From an uncultured virus (IMG/VR IMGVR_UViG_3300034120_003123) (Duplodnaviria > Heunggongvirae > Uroviricota > Caudoviricetes): 64,000 nucleotides of DNA. The notes under the pieces are model-generated. The model worked only from the letters and a program-made list of their open reading frames with translations, had not been told where the DNA came from and made no database searches. The stretch lies in IMG/VR virus record IMGVR_UViG_3300034120_003123, one strand, 5' to 3'. Both the position numbers and the translations under genes were made by a program. Position 1 is the first letter of the stretch. Every line of letters starts with the position of its first letter. Below, in pieces: positions 50,865-61,467 of the stretch.

Positions 50865-53800
50865 TTAATAAACAAATCTGCCTTTTGTGGCTGTATAATT
50901 ATTTGATATTTCATTAGCAGTCAAAGCTCTATTGTAAAAATAAAACTCTCCAATCCATCCGTTAAAAGAAAAAGCTGATGTGCTGTTTCTATACCCTTGA
51001 GCAATTGTTAATGGATTTGCAGTGTCATCATAAGATGACTCTGCGCCATGAGAAGAATTAATGACCCTGTTATTATTGACGTAACCCTGCACATCCCCAG
51101 AAGAAGACCCAATTTTTATGACAGCAGTTATTAAATACCATTTATCTAAAGATAGAGAAGACGCAGTAGCTATAGAGCTATGAGTTGTATAAGCAGACCC
51201 TCCATTTGTCACTATAAGCAACTTGCTTGCCCCATCAGTTTGAATAGAATATCCATCCCATCCGGTGGCAAGGGCGTTTGTTCCTTTTCCCAAAATGCCT
51301 TGATTGGGAAGTGTCCTGAACCTTGCCCATATTTGCAGGGTAATAAAATTAGTAGTGCTAGCACTGAAAGTATTTGCAACACTCACGCCAGATGAGTTTA
51401 TATTAGAGACAATGACAGAATCATTAGTGTCAGTGCAATTAAATTTTATGCTGCCACCACTTCCATCATTTATAGTCTGACCGGCCAAAGATCCACTTAA
51501 ATAAGTATTAGAACAAGAGGCATGAGGAGATGCTCCGTTAATCCCCGCAAATCTTGGAACATTTTTTACTGTACCATGAAACCCGTTAGATACAATATTT
51601 TTCCAAAGAGTTCCATCTGGAATGTCAAAAGAAGCACCACTCCCATAAGCAATTGACTGACTACGACTAGCATCTAAAAAAAGTACAAGTCCATTTGTGA
51701 TCAAATCACTTTTAAATATTTGCTGACTCCATCCGGTTCTATCATTAAGATTTGCTTCATTACTGTACAAAACTCCAGTATTTTTCTTTTCCCAAACACC
51801 AGTGCTTACATTTTTCACATATATAGATCTGCATTCATTTCTTGCAGAAATATCGGACGCAGTTTGAGAACATTGGAAGCCATTAGGTGGTCCGCCTGCA
51901 CTTTCGCCATGAACCCCGGCGTCTCCTTTTATTTGCCATTCTAATGGCATAGGAGACCAGAGCCTAGATCCAGTATTATTATGTCTACTCGGGTTCCAAG
52001 ACGTGCCATCAGCATTTTTTCTTCCTATCTCACCATCATGCCATCCATAATTTTTAAATGGACTAGGCATAAAAAACCTATTTCTAGTAGCCACATTAAC
52101 ATATTTCCATCGATTATTTTGACCCCAATATGAATCACCACTTATGTTAATATCAAAATCTGGATCATACACATGATGAAAGCCATTAAAGATAGAACAT
52201 GGACCTAATGCATTGTTCATAAAATAATCGCCCCAATTAGTTATTTGATTTCCTATTATTTTATTGCCCATTCCCGTTGTGTTAACACAATACCATTCAC
52301 CCGTAGGAGCAGAGGCGTCTGCCTCAACACCCTGAGCGACGATCCATGCATTATTCCCAAATGGATACCTTGTCCAATGATTATCTATGGACTTAGATGA
52401 ATTAAAATGTGGCTCTGATATTGCATTACATATAAATCTAAAATGATGAGATTTTCCATCTAAAGCAATTGATAACTTATGAATAAAATTGTGAGCCCAA
52501 GATTCGTAAAGACATTTATCTTCTGCATGATAAGATGGAGTATGCCCGTATATCTTTATGGGATCATTAAATGTATTAGAGTAGAAAAAATTTGCACGAC
52601 TAAAAGTTTCGTAAGAAGACACTATTCCACCTAAGCCGCTGTGAAATCTATTGAATATAAACATATTTCTAGCGTATTCATGCTGCTGCTGAATATAATC
52701 CGTATTTCCTCCAGTACCAGAAGTCTCAAATGCGTACTGATGAGCACCAGATCTCATAAAACCAGGGAATTCAGTACATAGCAGTTCTGAACCTCCGCCG
52801 TTCATATTTACATAATTATCAAATTCATTTCTCCACCATAAATTGTCACTAACAGGACCTCTTGACGAAGTAAATATAAAAAATCTATCATTATTTAAAA
52901 ATTGGCAACTAATAAAAGCACTTGAATGAAAATTTGGTGGAGTAAATATTGGCCCCTGCTTGCATCCACCTATAAAAGAACATTCGCTAAAAAGAATAGA
53001 ATCACCATTGGTATTAATTGCACAATTAATAAACTTGCAATTTAAAAAAGATGCACCAGAAAAACAAGTTTCATTGAAGCCTCCTATGCCAACATTTTTA
53101 AAAGTACAATTTTTAAAAACACAGCCACGAAAATCTATAAACCATCCTTTTACTTGCCCATCTCCAGATGGAAACAAACTACCAGGAGAGCTGGGAGCCC
53201 CCTGCCTTACCCATATCGGATCAGTTTCATACATTGAAATCTGACTTCCGTAATAACCTGAAGTGAATTTATCACCACCGTTAATGGTGACACCGTCTAA
53301 AATTAAATGTCTTCTATTAATAGTTCGTTTTTTAAAGTTAGGAGTAAATCTCCATGCGGTATTACTAAATCTTTCATTAGCAGTTATTTCTGAAATATGA
53401 GGGAAGCCTGTTGTCCCGTCTTGTCCAGAAGAATTCCTAGTTTTTATAAATCTAGACCACTCTGTACTTCTGTCTACATTTAAAGAACTACCCCACTCTC
53501 CTCCATAGCCAACAACCTTTGTGTAGGGCGCGTCAACTTGAGTGTCAGTGGTCAATACGCCAGGAGTCATAGTTTTTGTCACACGAGTAAAGCGAACGCC
53601 AGTAACTAAATCTTTTTCTGGGAAAAAAGCTCTTACATTAAGAGAGCGAGTAAATCTGGATCTATACCTTACTCCGGTTGAAGATACTTGTAAATTTTTA
53701 CTACTGTCCACATGTCCTGGCAAAGACTCGTGTAAAGTTGGATTTTGAGAATAATCTACCGGACTCATTCTGCCCTTATTGTAGAACCAATCGTTATCAA

Positions 53801-54551
53801 GTCCTCCATCCCAATTTGTAGACGGCTTATTAAGATTTGCATTATACCAAGGCGATGCAGTTTCATCTAATACAAATTTCCAATACCCTTCTTTCATCAA
53901 AAGAAAAGTTCTTAAAAAATTGGATGTTAAAGTAGTGTAAGCCTTTCCGCTATCATAGGCTGGAGATGGACCTGCCATAGTATAAATAGCTCCACTATGT
54001 TTCATCTCCAGCAGCCATTGATTATAAAAATAAGTTGTAAGGGTCGTTGATCCATCCGGCAACGGGTTACTTTGAGGGAAATGAAGCCCCGTGCCAGTCC
54101 CTCCAAGAGTAGACTCTGACACACCCCTGTTTCCAGCAGGACTTGGACCCGGCTGTATATTAGTTACGTTGCTTGGATTTGTCTGACCAGGACCATACCC
54201 TTCTCCAGAGTTACTTGCAGCACCAGCACCTTTAATTAAAGTCCATCCACTATCTAAGTTCCATTGAGTATCTGGCGGATTACTAGGACTTCTCCAATAT
54301 ATTTTTAAGGTATCATATCCACCTGCGCACATTTCAACACCCCAAACATATATTTTCTGGTGCGTGTGGGTATGAAAAATACGGTCATCTGGCGCTGACT
54401 GAGACGCATCTGAATCGTTAGCCGTATTTCTAAAATGAATAGCTGGAGCCAATCCACGAAGGCCAGCAAGTTCTCTGCACATCTTTCTCCAAGTAGATGC
54501 ATCCCAAAATTCGCTATCAGATATTAAAGATGTGTTTATGTATTGAGCCAT
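50865..54551 (-). CDS. Beta-helix tailspike-like protein, paralog A, with C-terminal phage-type LamG domain (1228 aa)
   Basis: LAGLRGLAPAIHF..VWGVEM..DTLKI, EGYWKFVLDE, IDFRGCVFKNCTFKNV; C-terminal ITNGLVLFLDA...FYNRALTANEISNNYTATKGRF. Confidence 0.82.
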   Translation of the reverse strand: MAQYINTSLISDSEFWDASTWRKMCRELAGLRGLAPAIHFRNTANDSDASQSAPDDRIFHTHTHQKIYVWGVEMCAGGYDTLKIYWRSPSNPPDTQWNLDSGWTLIKGAGAASNSGEGYGPGQTNPSNVTNIQPGPSPAGNRGVSESTLGGTGTGLHFPQSNPLPDGSTTLTTYFYNQWLLEMKHSGAIYTMAGPSPAYDSGKAYTTLTSNFLRTFLLMKEGYWKFVLDETASPWYNANLNKPSTNWDGGLDNDWFYNKGRMSPVDYSQNPTLHESLPGHVDSSKNLQVSSTGVRYRSRFTRSLNVRAFFPEKDLVTGVRFTRVTKTMTPGVLTTDTQVDAPYTKVVGYGGEWGSSLNVDRSTEWSRFIKTRNSSGQDGTTGFPHISEITANERFSNTAWRFTPNFKKRTINRRHLILDGVTINGGDKFTSGYYGSQISMYETDPIWVRQGAPSSPGSLFPSGDGQVKGWFIDFRGCVFKNCTFKNVGIGGFNETCFSGASFLNCKFINCAINTNGDSILFSECSFIGGCKQGPIFTPPNFHSSAFISCQFLNNDRFFIFTSSRGPVSDNLWWRNEFDNYVNMNGGGSELLCTEFPGFMRSGAHQYAFETSGTGGNTDYIQQQHEYARNMFIFNRFHSGLGGIVSSYETFSRANFFYSNTFNDPIKIYGHTPSYHAEDKCLYESWAHNFIHKLSIALDGKSHHFRFICNAISEPHFNSSKSIDNHWTRYPFGNNAWIVAQGVEADASAPTGEWYCVNTTGMGNKIIGNQITNWGDYFMNNALGPCSIFNGFHHVYDPDFDINISGDSYWGQNNRWKYVNVATRNRFFMPSPFKNYGWHDGEIGRKNADGTSWNPSRHNNTGSRLWSPMPLEWQIKGDAGVHGESAGGPPNGFQCSQTASDISARNECRSIYVKNVSTGVWEKKNTGVLYSNEANLNDRTGWSQQIFKSDLITNGLVLFLDASRSQSIAYGSGASFDIPDGTLWKNIVSNGFHGTVKNVPRFAGINGASPHASCSNTYLSGSLAGQTINDGSGGSIKFNCTDTNDSVIVSNINSSGVSVANTFSASTTNFITLQIWARFRTLPNQGILGKGTNALATGWDGYSIQTDGASKLLIVTNGGSAYTTHSSIATASSLSLDKWYLITAVIKIGSSSGDVQGYVNNNRVINSSHGAESSYDDTANPLTIAQGYRNSTSAFSFNGWIGEFYFYNRALTANEISNNYTATKGRFVY

Positions 54552-57500
54552 TATATAATTCCATTAATAGAATAATTCTTGATATTTGGCAAATTCGATG
54601 TGCTTAATCTAAATATTATATCGTCATCACGATTATTAGAGCCTTCTCCCTTAGTCATATTTATTCCATCAGACGTGACAAATTCATTTGGAGGAATTGG
54701 ATAAACATTTTTTAACTTACCCCAATCTCCTACAATGCAACTTTCAATATAAGAATCTTTAATGTTACTACTCCTATGAAAAATCTTCTTTAATACAAAA
54801 TTGTCGTCATGAGTAAATGCATGAATTTGATTTGTTTTTAAACCTGCGTATGGAGAAGAAAATAAATTTCTTGTAAAATGAGTGTTTTGTACTTCTTCAC
54901 CCATTTTTACCATAACAAAGTTAAAGAAATTATGAGCAAATATATTATGAGTAATTCTTTTTGGAGCCTGAACAGCAGCAGATCTATATCCGTACATCAG
55001 TAAAGATTTTTGAGTATTCTGAGTTATTTCATAGTCATTTATGCTAGATACAACAGTAGATATTTGCTCAGCAATCAAATTTTGAGCCACATACAAAACT
55101 GATTTTCTTTCACAAAATCTTTCTAAATCTATATTGCTGTCTGAAAGTTCTGCACCAGCTGGAGAGTATGCGCTTTTAAACGCACTATAAGATGAAAAAT
55201 AGTAAGAACCTTGATAATTCAGATAATTAATAAAAGCGTTTTGCTCGATTGTGTTAAATTTTATACCATCAAATACGGCAGACTCATTGCCGTCTAAATC
55301 TAATAAAAAAGACTTATTGGGATAATCAGGATTATAAACATTTTCAAAAAAACACAAAGCATTTTCAGCTTCTTTACTGCGATTACCGATAATTGCTGCA
55401 TCAATAAAGTTAAAGTAGCTTAATATATACATGTCTATATTTTGATCTTGAACTACTATTCTTGCTCCAGCGTCTAAAGATGGCTTTATTATATTTGCGA
55501 ATATTCTTGAAGCATTTATGATATAGCCACTATTGAGATAGCCAGTTGTTCTAGTTGGAAAATCTACATCACTTATGCAAGAGAACGAAATGCCAATCTT
55601 AAAATTACTATTTAGTAGCACATTCGTTTTGTTCTTCAGAGACTCTATAAGCACATAATTTCTTGAACGCATTTCATTATCATCAACTATACTAATATGG
55701 TCTTTTGATTCGACAATATATCCGTCAAAATGCTCAGATAGTTGCGATACAGAATCAAGCCACCTATTAATCATCACCTCAACTGTATTGCGCACATCAA
55801 TAGGTGCGGCATTTTTGCCATCATTTGGAGGATAAGGGCTTCTAATAGAACCAGAAAAAATTTCAATTCCAGACCAAATAGGTGAAGTTTGTCCATAAGC
55901 CATGGATTTATAAGATGAATATAAAGAAATTGATTTGCTAACATTATTTGATTTATACTTTCTTAGTCCTTTATCATTTAATGAAAGACTAGATATGCTT
56001 TCTAAGTCCACAATTCCAGTAGCGTCTTCTGCCATGCCAAATACATCAACTTGAGGTTCTCCAAGACCTTTGATATAAAAATTAAGCTTTGTCAATAGAT
56101 GAGCAGTGTCTATAATTTTTTCTTTTAATACATTTATGGTAGATGATGGATATTTCAATCCGTAATCATTTATCAATCCTATAAGATCTTGATAAACAGC
56201 ACTAGATGGACCGCCATAAAAACCTCTTAAACTTTTAACCATTCTCTGCATCTCATGAATTGCTATGTCTCTATCCAATTTAGATACATAATATGTATCA
56301 TTATAATCGCTATATTGATAGATACTTTTATTTATTGAATTAAGAACAAAAGAAAGTTTAACAGATTTACTTCTACCATCTTGTCCAAAGTCAAAAATAA
56401 CATTAGACATAAGCGACATCTTTTCAGAATATTCACCTTCGTTTAAAAAAGACAAAAATTGTAAAGAAAGACACAATAAAATTGCCGCATCGTCATGTCT
56501 TATTACATTGCTAATACTCCCATCTTTTCTTAAATATTTTAACACACCATCTGATCCAGATAATACCTGATCATTTTCTACACATGATATTCCTGAAATA
56601 TACAAATTTTTTAATTGTTTTTTAGATATTCGATCTTTTATAGCAAGACCTAAGTCGCATTTTTCTACAAATACAAAATTATGATCTACATAAAGATCTT
56701 TTATAGTATTTTTAAATGGCATAAATAAGTCAGCTTCACCGAACATTGGAATCGCAAGCGACTTGTATTGACCTTGCATATATGCATATTGTGGACTAAA
56801 ATGCATGCCAACACTTTTTTCTGCCAAACCTTTTGTATTAACATTTTTTGTTATTGGCCTTACGTCTCTTGGAAGATAAGCACTACCTGGAACATAATTT
56901 TCACAACCATCATCAAAACGATATTTGCCGTCTATATACGAACATATACTATCTCCAATAACATATTGATGAAAACATTGTATTGGATCATAGTTTTGAT
57001 AATTTCTGTTGACAACATTTCCATCAATCACTTTATTAATGATGCCTATTTCCTCATATGACACTGTCATATGTTCATAAAGATTAGTAATAGCGTTAAT
57101 AACATTAATAAAAGATCTATCAAAAAACAGTTTTATTTTATTAATGGTGCAATAGTTGCCGCTGTCTATCAAAGATTTAGAAAATTCTCCAAATGAATTT
57201 CTTCCATCTGCAACATATCTGCCATTAATAAAATTGCATCCAGAAAAATACGTTGTGTCTCTGTAATTGACATGGCCTACACAATATGTTTTGTTGTCAT
57301 ATTTTAAAAAAACCATAGACTCGTCATCTATAGGAGAAAACTCATTAACATAATCTCCATCAAAACACCCTTCAGACAGAACTTTTTGTATTGAATTGTA
57401 ATTCTTCATTTCTCCAAATCCAGTATATCCTGGAGAAACATTCAATCTAATAAGACCAGCATGTAAAGAACTATTAATTACTAGCAAATCATGAAAATTA

Positions 57501-58288
57501 TATGATGATTCAAAAGAATTAATATTATTTGCAAAATTAACAAAATTTGTTTGTGCATTTAAATAATCGTTATCTGCAAAAACACATATAGAGTACTCGT
57601 CAAGCGCTTCAGTGTAGTTTTCGCGTAAATTATTTTTAGCAAAATCTCCCATATTGATAAAATCAATAGTATTTATTTTCACTATACTATTTAAGCTTTT
57701 ATCTAAAAACAATACAGGATGAGATCTATAGTGTGCAACGTCTTTATGTAGCACTAAACCAAACTTGCTATTAATAGCTATTACAGGATTTGGTTTGTTT
57801 TTTGATATGCCACTAATAAATTCTTCTTCATATGGAAGTGTAAAACTTAAAAAATCCAAATTACATTCTGAATAAGAATATAAAGACCCATCCATAAAAG
57901 ATTCATTCCACGTCACACCTCTAGAATCACTGTTAATTAAGCTATGACGAGTGACTAATGATGAATTTTGAACATCAGTTACAGAATAAAGTTTATGAAT
58001 TATTGAACCATCATTAAGCTTTACAGAATTATTAGCAATTTTAATATAAAAACTTTCATCTAACGCATATAAATAAGAACTAGGAATAAGGCCTGGAAAA
58101 ACTTTGCCAAAACCAGAAACAGGCTTAATTCCAATCGACTTAATACCGGCAGAATAGAAAGTAATGACGAAATGATGTTCTACGCTGTTTTGGTCTATAT
58201 ATTTAACAACAGAGCCAGGGGTAGGCATCCCTCCAACCTCATTAAACTGAAAATAGACTGAATATGTAGAAATACCTTTTATAGACAT
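54551..58288 (-). CDS. 1245-aa hypothetical structural protein with possible degenerate protease-fold and TIM-barrel domains
   Basis: Long coupled ORF with weak echoes of domains in neighbouring giants (VIAINSKFGLVLH, DEYSICVF, HFDGYIVE). Confidence 0.65.
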   Translation of the reverse strand: MSIKGISTYSVYFQFNEVGGMPTPGSVVKYIDQNSVEHHFVITFYSAGIKSIGIKPVSGFGKVFPGLIPSSYLYALDESFYIKIANNSVKLNDGSIIHKLYSVTDVQNSSLVTRHSLINSDSRGVTWNESFMDGSLYSYSECNLDFLSFTLPYEEEFISGISKNKPNPVIAINSKFGLVLHKDVAHYRSHPVLFLDKSLNSIVKINTIDFINMGDFAKNNLRENYTEALDEYSICVFADNDYLNAQTNFVNFANNINSFESSYNFHDLLVINSSLHAGLIRLNVSPGYTGFGEMKNYNSIQKVLSEGCFDGDYVNEFSPIDDESMVFLKYDNKTYCVGHVNYRDTTYFSGCNFINGRYVADGRNSFGEFSKSLIDSGNYCTINKIKLFFDRSFINVINAITNLYEHMTVSYEEIGIINKVIDGNVVNRNYQNYDPIQCFHQYVIGDSICSYIDGKYRFDDGCENYVPGSAYLPRDVRPITKNVNTKGLAEKSVGMHFSPQYAYMQGQYKSLAIPMFGEADLFMPFKNTIKDLYVDHNFVFVEKCDLGLAIKDRISKKQLKNLYISGISCVENDQVLSGSDGVLKYLRKDGSISNVIRHDDAAILLCLSLQFLSFLNEGEYSEKMSLMSNVIFDFGQDGRSKSVKLSFVLNSINKSIYQYSDYNDTYYVSKLDRDIAIHEMQRMVKSLRGFYGGPSSAVYQDLIGLINDYGLKYPSSTINVLKEKIIDTAHLLTKLNFYIKGLGEPQVDVFGMAEDATGIVDLESISSLSLNDKGLRKYKSNNVSKSISLYSSYKSMAYGQTSPIWSGIEIFSGSIRSPYPPNDGKNAAPIDVRNTVEVMINRWLDSVSQLSEHFDGYIVESKDHISIVDDNEMRSRNYVLIESLKNKTNVLLNSNFKIGISFSCISDVDFPTRTTGYLNSGYIINASRIFANIIKPSLDAGARIVVQDQNIDMYILSYFNFIDAAIIGNRSKEAENALCFFENVYNPDYPNKSFLLDLDGNESAVFDGIKFNTIEQNAFINYLNYQGSYYFSSYSAFKSAYSPAGAELSDSNIDLERFCERKSVLYVAQNLIAEQISTVVSSINDYEITQNTQKSLLMYGYRSAAVQAPKRITHNIFAHNFFNFVMVKMGEEVQNTHFTRNLFSSPYAGLKTNQIHAFTHDDNFVLKKIFHRSSNIKDSYIESCIVGDWGKLKNVYPIPPNEFVTSDGINMTKGEGSNNRDDDIIFRLSTSNLPNIKNYSINGII

Positions 58289-58295
58289 GACAAAA

Positions 58296-59207
58296 TCATT
58301 TTAACAAAATAAAATTGATATTATTTTTATTATAAATATCTACGCCGTTTTTAAAACTACTAACATATTTTACATCAGATATCCATTTAAACCTGTCTGT
58401 ATCAAAAGTGACGGTCCCACTCTTATCGACTGGCACACCATACAAGTATACGTTTACATATCTTTCCAAATTTGATATAGCATAATATTCTTCTAAACTT
58501 AGACTAGACTTATTGATATTATTGCTAAATACAATCATTACGCTCAATATGTTCATTGAATTAAAGTATTGTCTCAGCAAAGGCGCTATATCATTTATTT
58601 CTTCATATGAAGAAACAGATATGGGCCATATCGTGTCTACTCCGTATTTAGATACTAAAAGACCAGCATATGAAGATATAAAGCTTAAGTCCATCCCATT
58701 CATGTTTTTTAATAAATTAAAATCCATGCGCTCCAATGATACTGGATTATTTGGAAATAATATAACTTTTTTTACTGAATTAGGAAATCGATTTACATAT
58801 TTAGAAACTGTGAATGAAAAGCTTTTATTAAGCAAATTACTATCCCAAATAATCTTATTTCCGTTTTGACTGACCCATTCAGGAACAAAAATAGTTCTGT
58901 CTACATCAAGAGATGTCACATTTAAAGCTGAGTCTTCTTTTGATAAAAATGATTGCATCACGGCAATATCGTCAGCAGATGTGCCCAAAATAGAAAATTG
59001 TAAAACTACAGATTTTTGCAATCGCTTTAATATTTTATAATTAGATGCGATATAATTTTTGTTCCAGTTTTTAATAATAATTTTTTTAACATACATGTTT
59101 TCTGATAGCTTGACTAAATCATATATGCTAATAGCATTTGACTTAACATCAAAATAAACGTAATCAAAGTTTTTTGCTATGCCCAGTATGTTCACTTTAA
59201 TTGTCAC
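58296..59207 (-). CDS. Hypothetical protein (303 aa), GTG start
   Basis: GTGA overlap with the upstream stop; alternating beta/alpha pattern. Confidence 0.7.
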   Translation of the reverse strand: MTIKVNILGIAKNFDYVYFDVKSNAISIYDLVKLSENMYVKKIIIKNWNKNYIASNYKILKRLQKSVVLQFSILGTSADDIAVMQSFLSKEDSALNVTSLDVDRTIFVPEWVSQNGNKIIWDSNLLNKSFSFTVSKYVNRFPNSVKKVILFPNNPVSLERMDFNLLKNMNGMDLSFISSYAGLLVSKYGVDTIWPISVSSYEEINDIAPLLRQYFNSMNILSVMIVFSNNINKSSLSLEEYYAISNLERYVNVYLYGVPVDKSGTVTFDTDRFKWISDVKYVSSFKNGVDIYNKNNINFILLK

Positions 59208-60829
59208 CTATTAGTTAATGAAGTATTTTCAAATTCAACATTTACTTCAAATATTCTATAAGATTTTAACTTATGTATAATTTGTTTAATGTATCCGTCT
59301 ACATCTAACATCATCTTTTCATAAAAATGTCTATCATCTATAACTGAATCGTTTTTTATATATTTTTTATAATGATAAGCAAATAGTGAAGAATTGTTTT
59401 TATCATTATAAAAATACGCTGTATTTATTTTTATTACTATACTACCATTTGTTGGTAAGTTAGATGGTAGACTACCAGATGTCAAATAGCCAGCGAATTC
59501 TTCTACATTTTTAAACAAATCTCCTATTAAGGACATATATACGGTCCCAGACTTTTGATCTACAAACTTTAGCTCATTGCTAGAAAAAGAAATAGAAGAT
59601 ATATCGTCTTGTGAATTTATTGTTTTTAACGCGTAATCGATCACTTCCACATTCATAATTTTTCCACACACATGATCAAAATAATCATATATCAGGTAAG
59701 AACCTGGGTTGTCAAAAATAATCTTCTTAGATTCTGGAGCAAACATACCATACATGCCAGCAATGCTGGATATATTTTTTTTACCTATATGAATCTTATT
59801 TCCAAAATATCTTTTATTTGAACAAGCATAAAAAATATTGTCAGGATCATAAGAAATTGCTCGATCAAAATCAGTTTCTATATATGGATCTATTTCAGTG
59901 TTTTCGTAAGATCTTTTAAATACATCCCCATAACCCTTAAATAGAAAATACAAGTTTAATCGATCAGTGTTTATATCATTATCAAAATCACTGTATGGCT
60001 TTTTATACATGCCTTCTGGGTAAAAGTCAAAATAAAATGGACTATCTGATTTATTTTTATTTTCAATAACATAATTTTTATCATAATCAAATATCAAAAT
60101 AGGAGAATTATATCCATTTATATTAAAACACTCTCGGTCGCCACTTGATTTAAAATAAGAGTATTTATTTTTTTCATTTTTTTCTACCGTCATCTTAGCT
60201 GGTGCGTCAAGTAACCATCTATCATTTTGCAATGTAAAATTATAAAAATTTAAGTAATGCTTCAAAGTTATTACTTCAGAATCAATACGAGAAGGTTTAA
60301 AAATATTGAATTTGACAGAAGCTAGTGGTAAATTTTCAAATAGTATATTAAACACAAAATGCTTATTAGATCTTGGATGTATATGGGTTTCATAATAGCT
60401 TCCCATGTCTACAAGATCATCGAGATAAAACTGGTCATTACGTTTTTCAAAAACAATTTTCCCAAAATTTTTGGGATATCTCAAGCAATAAGAATTGCCA
60501 GACACTAAATATCCTACGCTAGATTTCACCCCATTAATAGCAAAATCAGAACTAACTACTTCTGAGTAGGAACTTTTTCGATTTTGCAAATCCAAAAATA
60601 TAGGAATAAAATCTTCAAAATTAACATAGTGAACGCCACAATCTGATCTATAGTTGGAAAAAAGAATCGAAACACTTCCGCCTTTTCCAATTTGGTAAAA
60701 AGCATCACTATTTTTTCTTCCAGAAACCTGAAAACCATTTTTATCTAGCGAAGCAACAGCATGATATACCCTATTGGTCTGTATTTTTGTACTTCCATAT
60801 ATTGGTTTTTGATTAAATGCATTATCCAT
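59204..60829 (-). CDS. Hypothetical protein (541 aa)
   Basis: Coupled at both ends (TAATG, GTGA). Confidence 0.72.
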   Translation of the reverse strand: MDNAFNQKPIYGSTKIQTNRVYHAVASLDKNGFQVSGRKNSDAFYQIGKGGSVSILFSNYRSDCGVHYVNFEDFIPIFLDLQNRKSSYSEVVSSDFAINGVKSSVGYLVSGNSYCLRYPKNFGKIVFEKRNDQFYLDDLVDMGSYYETHIHPRSNKHFVFNILFENLPLASVKFNIFKPSRIDSEVITLKHYLNFYNFTLQNDRWLLDAPAKMTVEKNEKNKYSYFKSSGDRECFNINGYNSPILIFDYDKNYVIENKNKSDSPFYFDFYPEGMYKKPYSDFDNDINTDRLNLYFLFKGYGDVFKRSYENTEIDPYIETDFDRAISYDPDNIFYACSNKRYFGNKIHIGKKNISSIAGMYGMFAPESKKIIFDNPGSYLIYDYFDHVCGKIMNVEVIDYALKTINSQDDISSISFSSNELKFVDQKSGTVYMSLIGDLFKNVEEFAGYLTSGSLPSNLPTNGSIVIKINTAYFYNDKNNSSLFAYHYKKYIKNDSVIDDRHFYEKMMLDVDGYIKQIIHKLKSYRIFEVNVEFENTSLTNR

Positions 60830-61467
60830 TAATCTTCTCTCCTTTTTCTCGGCACCCCATTAAGATAAAGATCGTCTAAAGATTTTTGAGATATATTATT
60901 TAATGAATTGTTAGTAAACTTAGAAGATAACCATGCAAAAAACTGGTCTGTTGCTTCGTCAGAAAAAGAATCACAAGTTGCGACTTCTTGCCATGTCGCA
61001 ATTACTTTTTTGCAAATTGCTGGAGCAGACGCTTGATCGCATATGTCCTTGTTAGCCCCTGGCTTATATCTAACACATATACTTTTGCCTTGATATGTTA
61101 CTATTTTTTCGCATTCAACATATGGCCTATTGTATTTCCTAGTACAACCTCTTCCTCCAACTCTGAAAGATAGCACAAATTGCAATATAGATATTCTCTG
61201 CTTTTCTGTTAATGCAGACCACTGCTGAAGTATGGACTCTTCTGAAGAAGTACTACTTGATGGAAGCTGTGGAGCACCAGCGGCCAAGTCAGATCCAGAT
61301 GTCCATGCCCTATATTTGCCCTGATATTTGGAAAGAAAAATTCTTGTTAATTTTGGAGTCCAATTTACAACAGCATCCACTAACTGCTGGTAGCTAGTAA
61401 AGCCACCAAAGCCTAAATCCTGGCCTCCGCCACCACCAGAATTGGAACCTCCTCCAGCGCCTGGCAT
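60829..61467 (-). CDS. 212-aa protein with Gly-rich N-terminus and six-Cys cluster
   Basis: TAATG coupling at both ends; MPGAGGGSNSGGGGG; six Cys within ~60 aa. Confidence 0.7.
   Translation of the reverse strand: MPGAGGGSNSGGGGGQDLGFGGFTSYQQLVDAVVNWTPKLTRIFLSKYQGKYRAWTSGSDLAAGAPQLPSSSTSSEESILQQWSALTEKQRISILQFVLSFRVGGRGCTRKYNRPYVECEKIVTYQGKSICVRYKPGANKDICDQASAPAICKKVIATWQEVATCDSFSDEATDQFFAWLSSKFTNNSLNNISQKSLDDLYLNGVPRKRRED

Noticed and set aside
46792..54551. Diversity-generating retroelement acting on the paralogous spike genes
   Set aside because: No reverse transcriptase and no near-identical TR/VR nucleotide pair seen; similarity is at the protein level only.
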